NCBI GenBank assembly: GCA_963773285.1
Contig: CAVZAM010000036.1
Location: 80,605-144,604, forward strand
Direction: 5' to 3'
DNA length: 64,000 bases
Source of the DNA: an uncultured delta proteobacterium
GTDB taxonomy: Bacteria; Desulfobacterota; Desulfobaccia; Desulfobaccales; 0-14-0-80-60-11
Part shown: positions 29,858-40,200 of the stretch, piece after piece
Position numbering within the stretch: the first letter of the stretch is position 1
Layout of the letters: every line of letters begins with the position of its first letter
Made by a program: the position numbers and the translations under genes
Notes under the pieces: generated by a model
Databases searched by the model: none
The model's input: the letters and a program-made list of their open reading frames with translations, nothing else
What the model was told of the DNA's origin: nothing

Positions 29858-30736
29858 ATGACCAAGGAGTACTCCTACAAGGATGTCTCCCGCCTCCTGG
29901 GCATTTCCGAAGGGCGCCTGCGGCGCTGGGCCCGCCTGGGTCTGGTGGCCGGGCGGAGACGCTCGCCCCGGGGCCTGGCCTTTGATTTCCAGGGCCTGGT
30001 GGCCCTCCGCACCGTCAAACGCCTGCGCAGCCACGGCGTCTCCCTGGGGCGCATCAAAAAATGCGTGGACACCCTGAAGCGCCTGGACCCCGGACTTTAC
30101 GAGCCCCTGGCCCAGGCCCGCTTCCCGAACGACGCCTCCCTGGTCATGGCCCAGAAGAACCGGCATTTCACCCCCGAAGGACAGCTCGTCCTGGACTTTC
30201 ATCCTGAACCCACCGAGCACCTCAGCCTGCCGGGGGAGCAGGTGGGCCGCCTCTTCCTCCTGGCCCTGGAAAAGGAGCAGCTCGGGGAATGGGAGGGGGC
30301 CCAAAAGCTCTACACCCTGATCCTGGCCTTGAAACCCGACCACCCCGACGCCCTGGTGAACCTGGGGAACATCCTTTACCGGCTGGGTTTTCCGGAAGGC
30401 GCCGCGGCCCATTATGCCAAGGCCATGGACGGCAACCCCAACCACCCCGAGGCCAACTACAATTTGGCCAACATCCTGGAAGAACAGGGAGACCTGGAGG
30501 AGGCCGCCAACCTTTACCGCCGGGCCTTGAAGAAGGAACCGTACTTCCCGGAGGCCTGCTTCAATCTCGCCCGCCTGCTGGAGAAACTGGGCAATCAGGA
30601 AGGGGCCCGGGAACTCTGGCGCCGCTACCTGGACATGGACCCCAAGGGTGATTGGGCCTGCTACATCAATAGCCGCCTGCAAGACCCTCAGGAAGAACCG
30701 CCCAAGAACGGACCCTCCGGTTCGCCCCTCCGGTAA
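29858..30736 (+). CDS. MerR-type HTH protein fused to TPR repeats
   Basis: 'YSYKDVSRLLGISEGRLRRWARLGLV' followed by at least 3 TPR-like units ('YTLILALKPDHPDALVNLGNILY...'). Confidence 0.7.
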   Translation: MTKEYSYKDVSRLLGISEGRLRRWARLGLVAGRRRSPRGLAFDFQGLVALRTVKRLRSHGVSLGRIKKCVDTLKRLDPGLYEPLAQARFPNDASLVMAQKNRHFTPEGQLVLDFHPEPTEHLSLPGEQVGRLFLLALEKEQLGEWEGAQKLYTLILALKPDHPDALVNLGNILYRLGFPEGAAAHYAKAMDGNPNHPEANYNLANILEEQGDLEEAANLYRRALKKEPYFPEACFNLARLLEKLGNQEGARELWRRYLDMDPKGDWACYINSRLQDPQEEPPKNGPSGSPLR

Positions 30737-30768
30737 GCAAGAGCCCCTGCAACTGCGGAGATTACTTC

Positions 30769-31032
30769 GTGTCCCACACTGACAAATCGGCGACCACCAG
30801 TCTCACCGAGGCCCAGGCCAGGGCCCTGGCGGCCTGGTGGGGCGGCCGGTATGAGAAAAAAGTTACCCCGGGTGGATCAGGGTCGGCCGGTCATGGAGTG
30901 ACCCTCGCCGCCGCCCGGAAAGACCGGTTCATGCGACCGGGGGAAATTACCATATTTTCCCTGGAGGAGGCCCGGGTTTTGGAAAAATCACGGGAAGCCG
31001 TGAACCCCCACTCCCCGGACTGGGTGGGGTGA
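30769..31032 (+). CDS. Hypothetical protein (GTG start)
   Basis: 87-aa ORF only. I recognise no family. Confidence 0.25.
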   Translation: MSHTDKSATTSLTEAQARALAAWWGGRYEKKVTPGGSGSAGHGVTLAAARKDRFMRPGEITIFSLEEARVLEKSREAVNPHSPDWVG

Positions 31033-31106
31033 TAGCCCGCGCGCCGGCCCGGGGGGCCGATTCTGCTGCCACACTGCCCCGATAGAGCGCCCGCCAAATT
31101 CTTCTC

Positions 31107-31136
31107 TTGACAAGCCTTGGTGCAGGCGGATATATT
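31107..31136 (+). promoter_or_regulatory. Candidate sigma-70 promoter for rplM-rpsI (TTGACA-N18-TATATT)
   Basis: Hexamers at 31107-31112 and 31131-31136, 30 nt upstream of rplM. Confidence 0.45.
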
Positions 31137-31165
31137 TTCATGGTTAACCGTTTAACGAGGGAATC

Positions 31166-31600
31166 ATGAAAAGCTACATGGCCAAAAAAGACGAGGTGTC
31201 CCGGCGGTGGTTCGTGGTGGATGCCCAGGGCAAGGTCCTGGGGCGTCTCGCGAGCCGCATCGCCATGGTGCTCAGGGGCAAGAACAAGCCGGTATTTACG
31301 CCGTTTCTCGACACGGGCGACTTTGTGGTGGTGTTGAACGCCGGCCAGGTGACGCTCACCGGGAAAAAGCTGGACCAGAAGATGTATTACCGCCACTCCG
31401 GCTACCCGGGCGGCCTCAAGGAAATCTCGGCCAGGCACCTGTTGAAAAAGAAGCCGGAGGAGATCCTGCGCCATGCGGTGCGGGGCATGCTCCCGAAAAA
31501 TAGCCTTGGCAGGCACCAGTTGAAGAAGCTCAAAATTTACCTGGGGACCGATCACCCGCACCAGGCCCAGCAACCGGTGCCCCTCACCTGGGAGGATTAA
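31166..31600 (+). CDS. rplM: 50S ribosomal protein L13
   Basis: '[38 protein letters not shown]'. Confidence 0.95.
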   Translation: MKSYMAKKDEVSRRWFVVDAQGKVLGRLASRIAMVLRGKNKPVFTPFLDTGDFVVVLNAGQVTLTGKKLDQKMYYRHSGYPGGLKEISARHLLKKKPEEILRHAVRGMLPKNSLGRHQLKKLKIYLGTDHPHQAQQPVPLTWED

Positions 31601-31995
31601 TGGCTGCAGCCTATAACATCCACGCCGTGGGCAAGAGAAAAACCGCCATAGCCCGGGTTTACATGCGCCCCGGCACCGGCCGCATCGTGGTGAACCAGCG
31701 GGAATTTCAAGAGTATTTTCCTCTGGAAACCACCCGCAACCTGGTCCGCCAGCCTCTGACCGTGGTCAACGCCGGCCCGGAACTGGACATCCTGGTAAAC
31801 GTCCAGGGAGGCGGCCCCGAGGGGCAGGCCGGGGCCATCAAGCACGGACTGAGCCGGGCCCTCGTGGCCCTGCACCCGGAGCTCCGGCCCATCCTCAAGA
31901 AAGCCGGCCTCCTGACCCGGGACCCCCGCATCAAGGAACGCAAAAAGTACGGCCGCCGCGGCGCCCGCCGGGGCTGTCAGTACTCCAAACGTTAG
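31600..31995 (+). CDS. rpsI: 30S ribosomal protein S9
   Basis: 'GKRKTAIARV', and the C-terminal 'RDPRIKERKKYGRRGARR..QYSKR'. Confidence 0.95.
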   Translation: MAAAYNIHAVGKRKTAIARVYMRPGTGRIVVNQREFQEYFPLETTRNLVRQPLTVVNAGPELDILVNVQGGGPEGQAGAIKHGLSRALVALHPELRPILKKAGLLTRDPRIKERKKYGRRGARRGCQYSKR

Positions 31996-32005
31996 GCCCC
32001 CATCC

Positions 32006-33052
32006 ATGGCCGCCCCCACCAAAGTGGCGGTTTACGGGGCCTCCGGGTACACCGGGCTGGAGCTCATGCGCCTTCTGGCCCGGCACCCGGGCGCGGAGCT
32101 CACCTGCGTCACTTCCCGGGAACACCAGGGCCGCAAGGTCTCCGAGGTCTTCCCGGCTCTGACCCGCGTCGTCGATCTTGCCTTTATCACTCCCGACCCT
32201 TCGGCCGTAGCCGCAGCCGCCCAGGTGGTCTTCCTGGCGGTGCCGCACCAGACCGCCATGGAGGTGGTGCCGGCCCTTTTGGCGGCCGGCGTGCGGGTGG
32301 TGGACCTGAGCGCCGATTTCCGCTTTCGGGACCGGGCGGTTTACGAGGCCTGGTATCAGCCCCACAGTGCGCCGGAGCTCCTCGCCGAGGCGGTTTACGG
32401 CCTGCCGGAGCTGCACCGGGCCAAAATCCGCACCGCCCGCCTGGTGGGCAACCCCGGCTGCTACCCCACCTCCGTCATCCTGGGCCTCGCCCCCCTGGTC
32501 AAGGGGCGCCTGGTGTTCCCGGATTCCCTCATTGCCGACTGCAAATCAGGGGTCAGCGGCGCCGGGCGGGGGGCCAGCCTCGGCACCAGCTACTGCGAAG
32601 TCACCGATAGTCTCAGGGCCTACAAGGTGGCCGAACACCGCCACGCCCCGGAGATGGAGCAGGAGTTGTCACTGCTCTCCGGCAAGGCGGCCAAAATCAC
32701 CTTTACGCCCCACCTGATCCCCATGAGCCGGGGCATTCTGGGTACTCTGTACGCCCAGTTGGTGGCGCCCCTCACCGATGAGGACGTCCAGAAGGTTTAC
32801 CGGGCCTTTTACCGGGGCCAGCCTTTCGTGCGCCTGCAGCCGCCGGGGACCTGGCCCTCCACCCAGCAGGTGCGGGGCTCCAACTACTGCGATATAGGCT
32901 TCAAGGTTGACCGGGAGAGGGGCAGGATCATCGTGGTTTCGGTCATCGACAACCTCACCCGGGGGGCGGCCGGCCAGGCGGTGTGTAACTTCAACCTGAT
33001 GATGGGCTACCCCGAGACCCAGGGCCTGGACCTGGTGCCCCTGGCCCCCTGA
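32006..33052 (+). CDS. argC: N-acetyl-gamma-glutamyl-phosphate reductase
   Basis: 'VAVYGASGYTGLEL', active-site 'GNPGCYPTS', 'DNLTRGAAGQAV'. Confidence 0.9.
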   Translation: MAAPTKVAVYGASGYTGLELMRLLARHPGAELTCVTSREHQGRKVSEVFPALTRVVDLAFITPDPSAVAAAAQVVFLAVPHQTAMEVVPALLAAGVRVVDLSADFRFRDRAVYEAWYQPHSAPELLAEAVYGLPELHRAKIRTARLVGNPGCYPTSVILGLAPLVKGRLVFPDSLIADCKSGVSGAGRGASLGTSYCEVTDSLRAYKVAEHRHAPEMEQELSLLSGKAAKITFTPHLIPMSRGILGTLYAQLVAPLTDEDVQKVYRAFYRGQPFVRLQPPGTWPSTQQVRGSNYCDIGFKVDRERGRIIVVSVIDNLTRGAAGQAVCNFNLMMGYPETQGLDLVPLAP

Positions 33053-33070
33053 GCCGGACCACCCGGCGCC

Positions 33071-33841
33071 ATGGGTCCCCGCCGCAACATCCGCCTCACC
33101 CTGGAATACGACGGCTCCCGCTACCACGGGTGGCAGCGCCAGAAAAACGCCCTGTCCATCCAGGCAGTCATTGAAACGGCCCTGGCCCGCATCACCGGGG
33201 AAGCAGTCTGTCTCACGGGTTCCGGGCGCACCGATGCCGGGGTGCACGCCCTGGGCCAGGTGGCCAATTTCATCACCGGGAGCACCGTACCCCGGCGCGC
33301 CTTCCTGCACGGCCTCAATTCCCTTTTGCCCATGGACATCGCGGTTCTGCAGGCGGAGGAAGTCCCCCTGGATTTTCACGCCCGCTACGCCGCCCTGGCC
33401 AAAACCTACGAGTACCGCATCCTCAACCGGCCGGTGCGCTCGCCCCTGAACCAGACGCGGGCCTGGTGGATATCCCCTGCCCTGGATGCTGCCGCCATGC
33501 AGGAGAGCGCCCAGGTCCTCACCGGGGAGCACGATTTCCTGGCCTTCCGGGCCGCCGGGAGCCGGCCGGGGCCGGCGGTGCGCCGGGTCCAGGAGGCCGC
33601 CTGGCGCTGCCTTCCTGGGGGCTGGCTGTATTTCACCATCACCGCCAACGGCTTTTTGCGGGGCATGGTGCGCAGTCTCGTGGGCACCATGGTGGCAATC
33701 GGCCGGGGCAAATACCCGCCGGGGTATCTGGGGGAAGTCCTGGAAAAGCGGGACCGCCGCCTGGCCGGGCCCACCGCCCCGCCCCAGGGGCTTTTCCTGG
33801 TGGAGGTGGAGTATTGCGCGACACCCCTAGCACAATTTTAA
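33071..33841 (+). CDS. truA: tRNA pseudouridine(38-40) synthase
   Basis: 'LEYDGSRYHGWQRQ', catalytic 'GSGRTDAGVHALGQV'. Confidence 0.9.
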   Translation: MGPRRNIRLTLEYDGSRYHGWQRQKNALSIQAVIETALARITGEAVCLTGSGRTDAGVHALGQVANFITGSTVPRRAFLHGLNSLLPMDIAVLQAEEVPLDFHARYAALAKTYEYRILNRPVRSPLNQTRAWWISPALDAAAMQESAQVLTGEHDFLAFRAAGSRPGPAVRRVQEAAWRCLPGGWLYFTITANGFLRGMVRSLVGTMVAIGRGKYPPGYLGEVLEKRDRRLAGPTAPPQGLFLVEVEYCATPLAQF

Positions 33842-33930
33842 ACTGCATCAAGGCTCACATCTGATACAGTAGAGGAAGCAATTTGGACCTGCGGCTTTAG
33901 CAGGCAACAATAAAAGGGGATGGGAAAGCA

Positions 33931-34089
33931 ATGCTGAAAAAACTCGTGATTCTCTTGGTGGTAGGGACCTTACTGGCTATCTGGGGCTGTTGAGGCGGTC
34001 CCTCCAAGGGGCTGCGGTCCAGCAGCCTGTCACCCCAAAGCAATCTGCAGTCGCCGGGGAACCCTACCGGTAATTCCAGCGCCCAATAA
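33931..34089 (+). CDS. Candidate small lipoprotein-like selenopeptide (only if TGA 33991-33993 is read as Sec)
   Basis: ATG, then 'MLKKLVILLVVGTLLAIWGC' (signal-peptide-like, Cys at position 20), an in-frame TGA, 31 more sense codons and TAA. Hairpin GGCTGC-GGTCCA-GCAGCC at 34010-34027. Not in the ORF track. Confidence 0.25.
34010..34027 (+). promoter_or_regulatory. SECIS-like hairpin downstream of TGA 33991
   Basis: Perfect 6-bp stem with loop GGUCCA. The loop starts at nt 26, counting the U of UGA as 1. Confidence 0.3.
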
Positions 34090-34224
34090 AATTCGCTGGT
34101 TGACAGGAGGGGGGGCTGGTCCACGTAAGTCTTTTAGAGGGCCTGTAAACTCCCCCAATTTACCTTTTTATAGCTAACCTGCACCCGGCCTATCAGCATT
34201 TCCTGAAGTTTGCCCTGCACTCCT

Positions 34225-35806
34225 ATGCGGGTTCTCCTGATCAACAGCAACCTCAAGAACGACATCCTGGCGGCCCCACCCATCGGCCTGTGCTATGTCG
34301 CCAGCGCCGCCCGTGGCCGCCGGCCATCAGGTGCGGGTGGTGGACCTGTGCTTTGCGGCCCGGCCGCACGAACTCCTGAAACACCACATCGTCGAGTTCG
34401 CCCCCGAGGCCATAGGCGTTTCACTGCGCAACATCGACAACTGCAACATGCTGTACCCCGTCTCCTATCTCCCTGGGGCGAAACAGTTAATCCAGTTTAT
34501 CAGGGGTCTCTCGGATGCCCCGGTGATTCTGGGGGGCGCAGGGGTTTCGGTGATGCCCGAGGCGGTCTTTGCCTATCTGCCGGTGGATTACCTGGTGGTC
34601 GCGGACGGCGAAGAAAGTTTTCTTAGCCTCCTCACGGCCCTGCAAAACCACAGCTCCCCCGGCGACATCCCCGGGGTGGCCATGCGGCGTCAAGACGGGT
34701 TTCACCTCACCCCGCCGCGCTTCGGGCCGGCGCCGGCGGGGCGGCCGGACCTGGGGCAATGGGTGGATCTGGCGCCCTACCGCCGCATGGGGAGCAGCTA
34801 CCCCGTCCAGACCAAGCGGGGCTGCAGCCACCGCTGTATCTATTGCACCTACAGTCAGCTGGTGGAGGGGCGGCGCTTCCGTCTGCGGCCGCCTCTGGAG
34901 GTGGTGGATGAACTGGAAGAGGCTCACTTCCGCCACCGGCAGGACTCCTTCGAGTTTGTGGACTCGATCTTTAATGACCCCATGGACCACTGCCTGGAGA
35001 TCCTGGAAGAAATTGTCCGGCGGCCCTGGCGGGCCAGCTTCAGCACCATGGGGGTGAGCCCCCGGCACCTGGACGACGGCCTGCTTAAGCTTATGTGGCG
35101 GGCGGGGTTCCGCTCCTTCATGACCACCCCGGAGTCCGCGGCCCCGGCCATGCTCCGCAATTACCAGAAAAGCTTCACCCGGGACGACGTCATCCACGCG
35201 GCCGAAGCCATCAACCGCAGCCAATTCAAGGTGTTCTGGTATTTTCTCATCGGCGGGCCGGGGGAGGACAACCACACCCTGCAGGAGACCCTGGACTTCG
35301 TGACCAGATATTTGCACCGGGACAGGCACCCCCCGTATCACCTGGCCCATTTTTACCTGGGGGTCAGGACCTATCCCGGCACCCGCCTCTGGGAGATCGC
35401 CCGGGAGGAGGGTTACCTCCCCCGGGACCACAGCCCCCTGCAACAGATCTGGTACCTGTCGGAGACCCTCGACCTGGACCTGGCCGTGCGGCAGCTCAAT
35501 ACCGCGGCCTGCCGGTACCCAGAGGTCATCCTGGGGTCCTCTGAAAAATTCTTTTCCCTCTCAAAGATCCTGGCCTTGCTGGGAAACGTCCTCAAATGGC
35601 CCCCGCCCTATTTTCACCAGGTCTGGTGGCTGAATAAAGGCCTGGTGAGCCTGGGGCTCAGGTCCCGCTTCCAGTTTTGGGACGCGGCGGACCGGCTGCG
35701 CGCCGCCCTGCGGGAACAGGGGTACCGGGGGGCTCTCCTTTTGCCAGTCGGCCAAGGCGAAAAAAATCAACCCGCCGGTGCAGCCCCCATGGACATGAGG
35801 CGTTAA
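34225..35806 (+). pseudogene. B12-binding-domain (class B) radical-SAM protein, frameshifted as assembled
   Basis: 'MRVLLINSN...APPIGLCYVASAA|VAAGHQVRVVDL' joins if the CCC at 34310-34312 is CC. Radical-SAM 'CSHRCIYCTY'. Confidence 0.8.
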
Positions 35807-35857
35807 CTTAAGGCAGGGAAGAAATTCACCGATGCACTCCAAGCTAAAGGACCGGTT

Positions 35858-37093
35858 ATGCGCATAGTCATTCTGACCAACGAATATCCCCCCCACATCT
35901 ACGGCGGGGCGGGCGTCCACGTGGACTATCTCACCCGGGAGCTGGCCAAATTGTCCGACGGCAGTAAATGCTCCTTGAGGATCCTTTGTTTCGGAGACCA
36001 GGACCAGGAGAGCCATCACGTCAAGGTAAGGGGAATTGCCGCGCCGGCGCAACTGGCGGTGGACTGCCGCCATCACCAGAAGCTGGTGGACACCCTGCAG
36101 CGCAACGTCATCATGACGGGGGCCTTAACAAAGGCGGACATTATCCACTGCCACACCTGGTACACCCACCTGGCCGGCTGCCTGTTAAAGGAACTCCTGG
36201 GCGCGCCCCTGGTCCTCACCACCCATTCCCTGGAGCCCCAGCGCCCCTGGAAGGAAGAGCAGCTGGGGCGGGGCTACCGGGTCAGCACCTGGGTGGAGCG
36301 CACCGCCTACGAGAACGCCGACGGGGTTATCGCCGTGTCCAGGGCCATGCGCCAGGACGTCCACACCATTTATGGCGTGCCCCTGGACAAAGTGAGGGTG
36401 ATCCACAACGGCATCGACATCGACGCCTACCGGGGCACGTGCGACCCGGCGGTGCCGGCCTATTACAAAATTGACCCGGCGCGTCCGTTCCTGCTCTTCG
36501 TGGGGCGCATCACTCACCAGAAGGGCATTTTCCACCTGCTCCGGGCCGTAAGCCACCTGGACCCGGACCTCCAGGTGGTGCTATGCGCCTCGGACCCCGA
36601 CACCCCGCAGATCGCCAAGGAGATGGCGGCCCGGGTGGAGGCCCTCCAGAGCCCAGGCGGCCGGCGGGTCATCTGGGTCAAACAGTTCGTGCCCCGGGAG
36701 GATTTGATCCGGCTTTACAGCCACGCGGCCCTGTTCGTCTGCCCCTCAATTTACGAACCCTTCGGCATCATCAACCTCGAGGCCATGGCCTGCGGCACCC
36801 CGGTGGTGGCTGCGGCAGTGGGGGGGATCAAGGAAGTGGTGGACCACGGAGAAACTGGACTGCTGGTGCCCTTCGAGCCCGTCAGCCCCGGCAACCCGGA
36901 ACCCCGGGACCCCGAAGGTTATGCCCGGGACCTGGCCGCGGCGGTGAACCGGCTCATGGCCGCGCCCGATCTCAGGGACAAGATGGGACGCCGGGCCCGG
37001 GAGGTGGTGGAGGAGAAGTTCAGCTGGGCCAGCATCGCCCGGCAAACCCTGGAGTTTTATGAGGCAGTGATCAGGAAGGCACAGGTTAAGTAA
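35858..37093 (+). CDS. GT4 glycosyltransferase resembling actinobacterial GlgM / Corynebacterium-type glycogen synthase
   Basis: 'MRIVILTNEYPPHIYGGAGVHVDYLTRELAKL' and 'PSIYEPFGIINLEAMACGTPVVA'. It sits in the GlgE-pathway locus. Confidence 0.75.
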   Translation: MRIVILTNEYPPHIYGGAGVHVDYLTRELAKLSDGSKCSLRILCFGDQDQESHHVKVRGIAAPAQLAVDCRHHQKLVDTLQRNVIMTGALTKADIIHCHTWYTHLAGCLLKELLGAPLVLTTHSLEPQRPWKEEQLGRGYRVSTWVERTAYENADGVIAVSRAMRQDVHTIYGVPLDKVRVIHNGIDIDAYRGTCDPAVPAYYKIDPARPFLLFVGRITHQKGIFHLLRAVSHLDPDLQVVLCASDPDTPQIAKEMAARVEALQSPGGRRVIWVKQFVPREDLIRLYSHAALFVCPSIYEPFGIINLEAMACGTPVVAAAVGGIKEVVDHGETGLLVPFEPVSPGNPEPRDPEGYARDLAAAVNRLMAAPDLRDKMGRRAREVVEEKFSWASIARQTLEFYEAVIRKAQVK

Positions 37094-37100
37094 TTTATGT

Positions 37101-37237
37101 GGGGGAGGGCCAGGGAGCGGCGGCTCCCTGTCCCCCCACCCCCCTCCCAACCCTTTGAGTTTGTGGCCCGAGCCTGGCCAGCACCATAAACTGGGATTGG
37201 GGAAGGGGGTGTAAGGGCCACCCTTAGCCCCCTCCCC
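37101..37237. repeat. G/C-tract intergenic repeat, copy downstream of treS-pep2 (module A 37101-37153, module B 37193-37237)
   Basis: Module A contains the hairpin CAGGGAGC-GGCG-GCTCCCTG (37111-37130). Module B overlaps the last codons of treS-pep2 (...SGGGG*). Confidence 0.6.
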
Positions 37238-40200
37238 CACTAACTTCCTTGGTCGACGCCTCCGGCCCCAGGAGCTGCAGGATGCCCCGCAGGGGCAGCT
37301 TTACCCAATCCGGCCGGTTGTTCAGTTCGTACCCCACTTCGTAGACCGCTTTTTCCAGGGTCAGGGCGCCGAGCAAAACCTGGAGTTCCTCCTCCTGCTG
37401 AGGCAGGAAGCGCCCCTCTCCGGCCACCTTGAGATATTCCTTGAGGTAGGTGGCCGACACCCACACCTGCCAGAAATCGGCCCATTGCTCCAGGAGCGTC
37501 AGATCCTCCGGGCGCACGTTCTTGGCCATGATGGCGTGGTTGGCGGCGTAGTGGAAGGACCGCAGCATGCCGGCCACGTCATTTAAGGCCGAGCGCTTCA
37601 GGCGCCGCTCCGACAGGGCCCGGGCCGGCTCCCCCTCGAAATCGATGATGATAAAGTCCTTGCCGGTATACAGCACCTGCCCCAGGTGGAAATCACCGTG
37701 GATCCTGATGCGCATGCCGGTGATCTTGCTTTCCACCACCGAGTGGAGGCGCTTGAAGACCTCCTCCTCCCGGTCCAGGACCTCCGAGGCCACCGGGCGC
37801 GCCTCTTCCGGCAAATACCTGAAGTGGGCCCGCAGGAGATGAAAAATCCGGGAGGTCAGGTTGCGCATGGACTGGTAAATGGAGCGCTGGTAGAGGCCGG
37901 TAAAGGGCACCGGCCCAAAGCTGGGTTCCTCGAAATGGGAGGCCAGGGCCAGGTGCATCTGGGCGGTGCGCTCCCCCAGCAGGCGGGCGCTCTCGAGATA
38001 GGCCCCGATCATCTCGCCGGCCAGGGCCGGCGGCTCCTCCCTGGCCAGGGCGGTCCAGGGCTGCCCCAGCCGCGCCTCCGGCTTAACCCCGGCCTGGCTG
38101 GTGAGCGCGGTTTCATAATAATGATGCATCACGTCCAGGGTGTATCTCCAGGCATCCCCCTGGTTGGGGACAAAACCGTGCAGGATCCCCATGGTGACCG
38201 GCTCCTGGCGTTCCCGGCGGTATTCCATGGCCCCGGCCACCGGCGCGATGTGGGTGAACGCGGTCTTTTCGGTGAGGAACCGCCCCAGTTCCAGGTCCAG
38301 GTTGACCCCCTCCTCGGCCTTGCGCAGGAGTTTTAAGACGAACAAGTCACCGTAATTAATGGACGTGTTGCTCTGTTCGGCCTGGATGATGGCCGACGGC
38401 ATGGGGGTTGGGCCCAGTTTTTGTAAACGGCGGAAGACGCTGGTGGGGGTCATCCACAGTTCGCCCTCCTGCCCCCAGAAATGGCGGCGGTGGGCGATGC
38501 TGGTGAGCAAAGCCTGGCGGAAGCCGGCCTCAAAGACGGCCTCGTAGAGGAGACACTCGCCCTCCGGGGTCAGGAGGCGGGCCACCACGGCATTCTTGAA
38601 CTCGCTTTGCACCCGGGCCAGATCATCCCCGCGGGCCACGGTCAGGGGGAGCACGTAGGTCTCCGGCTCCCCTTCCAGGTACCCAATCTGCACCATGGTG
38701 ATAAAAGCCTGGGCCTTGCCGAAGGGGAAGGGCAAGGTTTCCAGGACCGCAGCTTCCTTGATCTGGCGCAACTTGCCGCCGAACCAGCGGCAGTGCAGGA
38801 GGTATGGCGGCAAGAGATCCCCCAGGATGGCCCGGTCCCGCCCTTTAAACAGCTCCTCCACCGGCCCGGGGAGGGTGACCGTGGGGATCAGCACCTCCGA
38901 CGGCGCCGCCATCTGCGCGGTCAGGGGTACCTCGAGTGAAAAAATGTACACCGCGTGGGGCCCCAGGGTGATGAAGTAAGGATGATCGCCGATCCCGGGG
39001 AAGCGGTTGCGGGAAACCAGCTCTCTGGGGATCATCCCCTGGTATGCCGTCAGGTCCAGCTCCACATACTGCACGAACCGGGAGAGGTTGATGATGGCCA
39101 GGAGGCGCTCCTCCTGGTACTGACGCACAAAGACCAGGACCTTGTTGTTCTCGGGGAACAAAAACTCGATGCTCCCCCGGCTTAAGGCCTTGTAATGCTT
39201 TCTCAAGGCGATGAGCCGCTTCATGCCCCACAGGAGCGAGGTGGGGTTGTTCTGCTGGGCCTCGACGTTGGTGGCTTCGTAGTGGTACTCCGGGTCGGTG
39301 ATGACCGGCAGGTAGAGTCTCTGGGTGTTGGCCCGGGAAAACCCGGCGTTGCGGTCCGAGCTCCATTGCATGGGCGTCCGCACCCCGTCCCGGTCCCCCA
39401 GGTAGATGTTGTCACCCATGCCGATTTCGTCGCCGTAATAGAGCACCGGGGTTCCCGGCAGGGTGAAGAGCAGGAAGTTCATGAGCTCGATGCGCCGCCG
39501 GTTGTTCGCCAGGAGAGGGGCCAGGCGGCGGCGGATGCCCAGGTTCAGGCGGGCCTGGGGGTCCTTGGAGTAGACCCGGTACATGTAGTCCCGCTCCTCG
39601 TCGGTGACCATCTCCAGGGTGAGTTCGTCGTGGTTGCGCAGAAACAGGGCCCACTGGCAGTTGTCGGGGATCTGGGGGGTCTGCTGCAGGATGTCGACGA
39701 TGGGGAAGCGGTCTTCCATGCGCAGGGCCATGAACATGCGGGGCATCAGGGGAAAGTGGAAGGCCATGTGGGCTTCATCCCCCCGGCCGAAGTAGGCCGC
39801 GGCGTCCTCGGGCCACTGGTTGGCCTCGGCCAGGAGCATGCGATTGCTGTATTTGCTGTCCAGATGCTGCCGGAGCTCTTTAAGAAAGACGTGGGTCTCG
39901 GGGAGATTCTCGCAGTTGGTGCCGTCCCGCTCGAAAAGATACGGCACCGCGTCCAGTCTTAAGCCGTCCACCCCCATGCTCAACCAGAAGTCCATGGCCC
40001 GGAAGATGGCCCGGCGCACATCCGGGCTGGCGAAGTTCAGGTCGGGCTGATGGGAGTAGAAGCGGTGCCAGTAGTAGGCCCGGGCCACCGGGTCCCAGGC
40101 CCAGTTGGAGGACTCGAAGTCCTGAAAGATGATGCGGGCCTCGGGGTATTTGTCCGGGGTGTCGCTCCACACGTAGTAATTGCGGTAGCGGCTGCCCGGC

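Noticed and set aside
33897-34124. 75-aa minus-strand ORF covering the candidate selenopeptide locus.
   Set aside because: It has no SD, no recognisable features and an odd composition. The plus-strand reading at least offers a signal-peptide-like start. Neither reading is proven.
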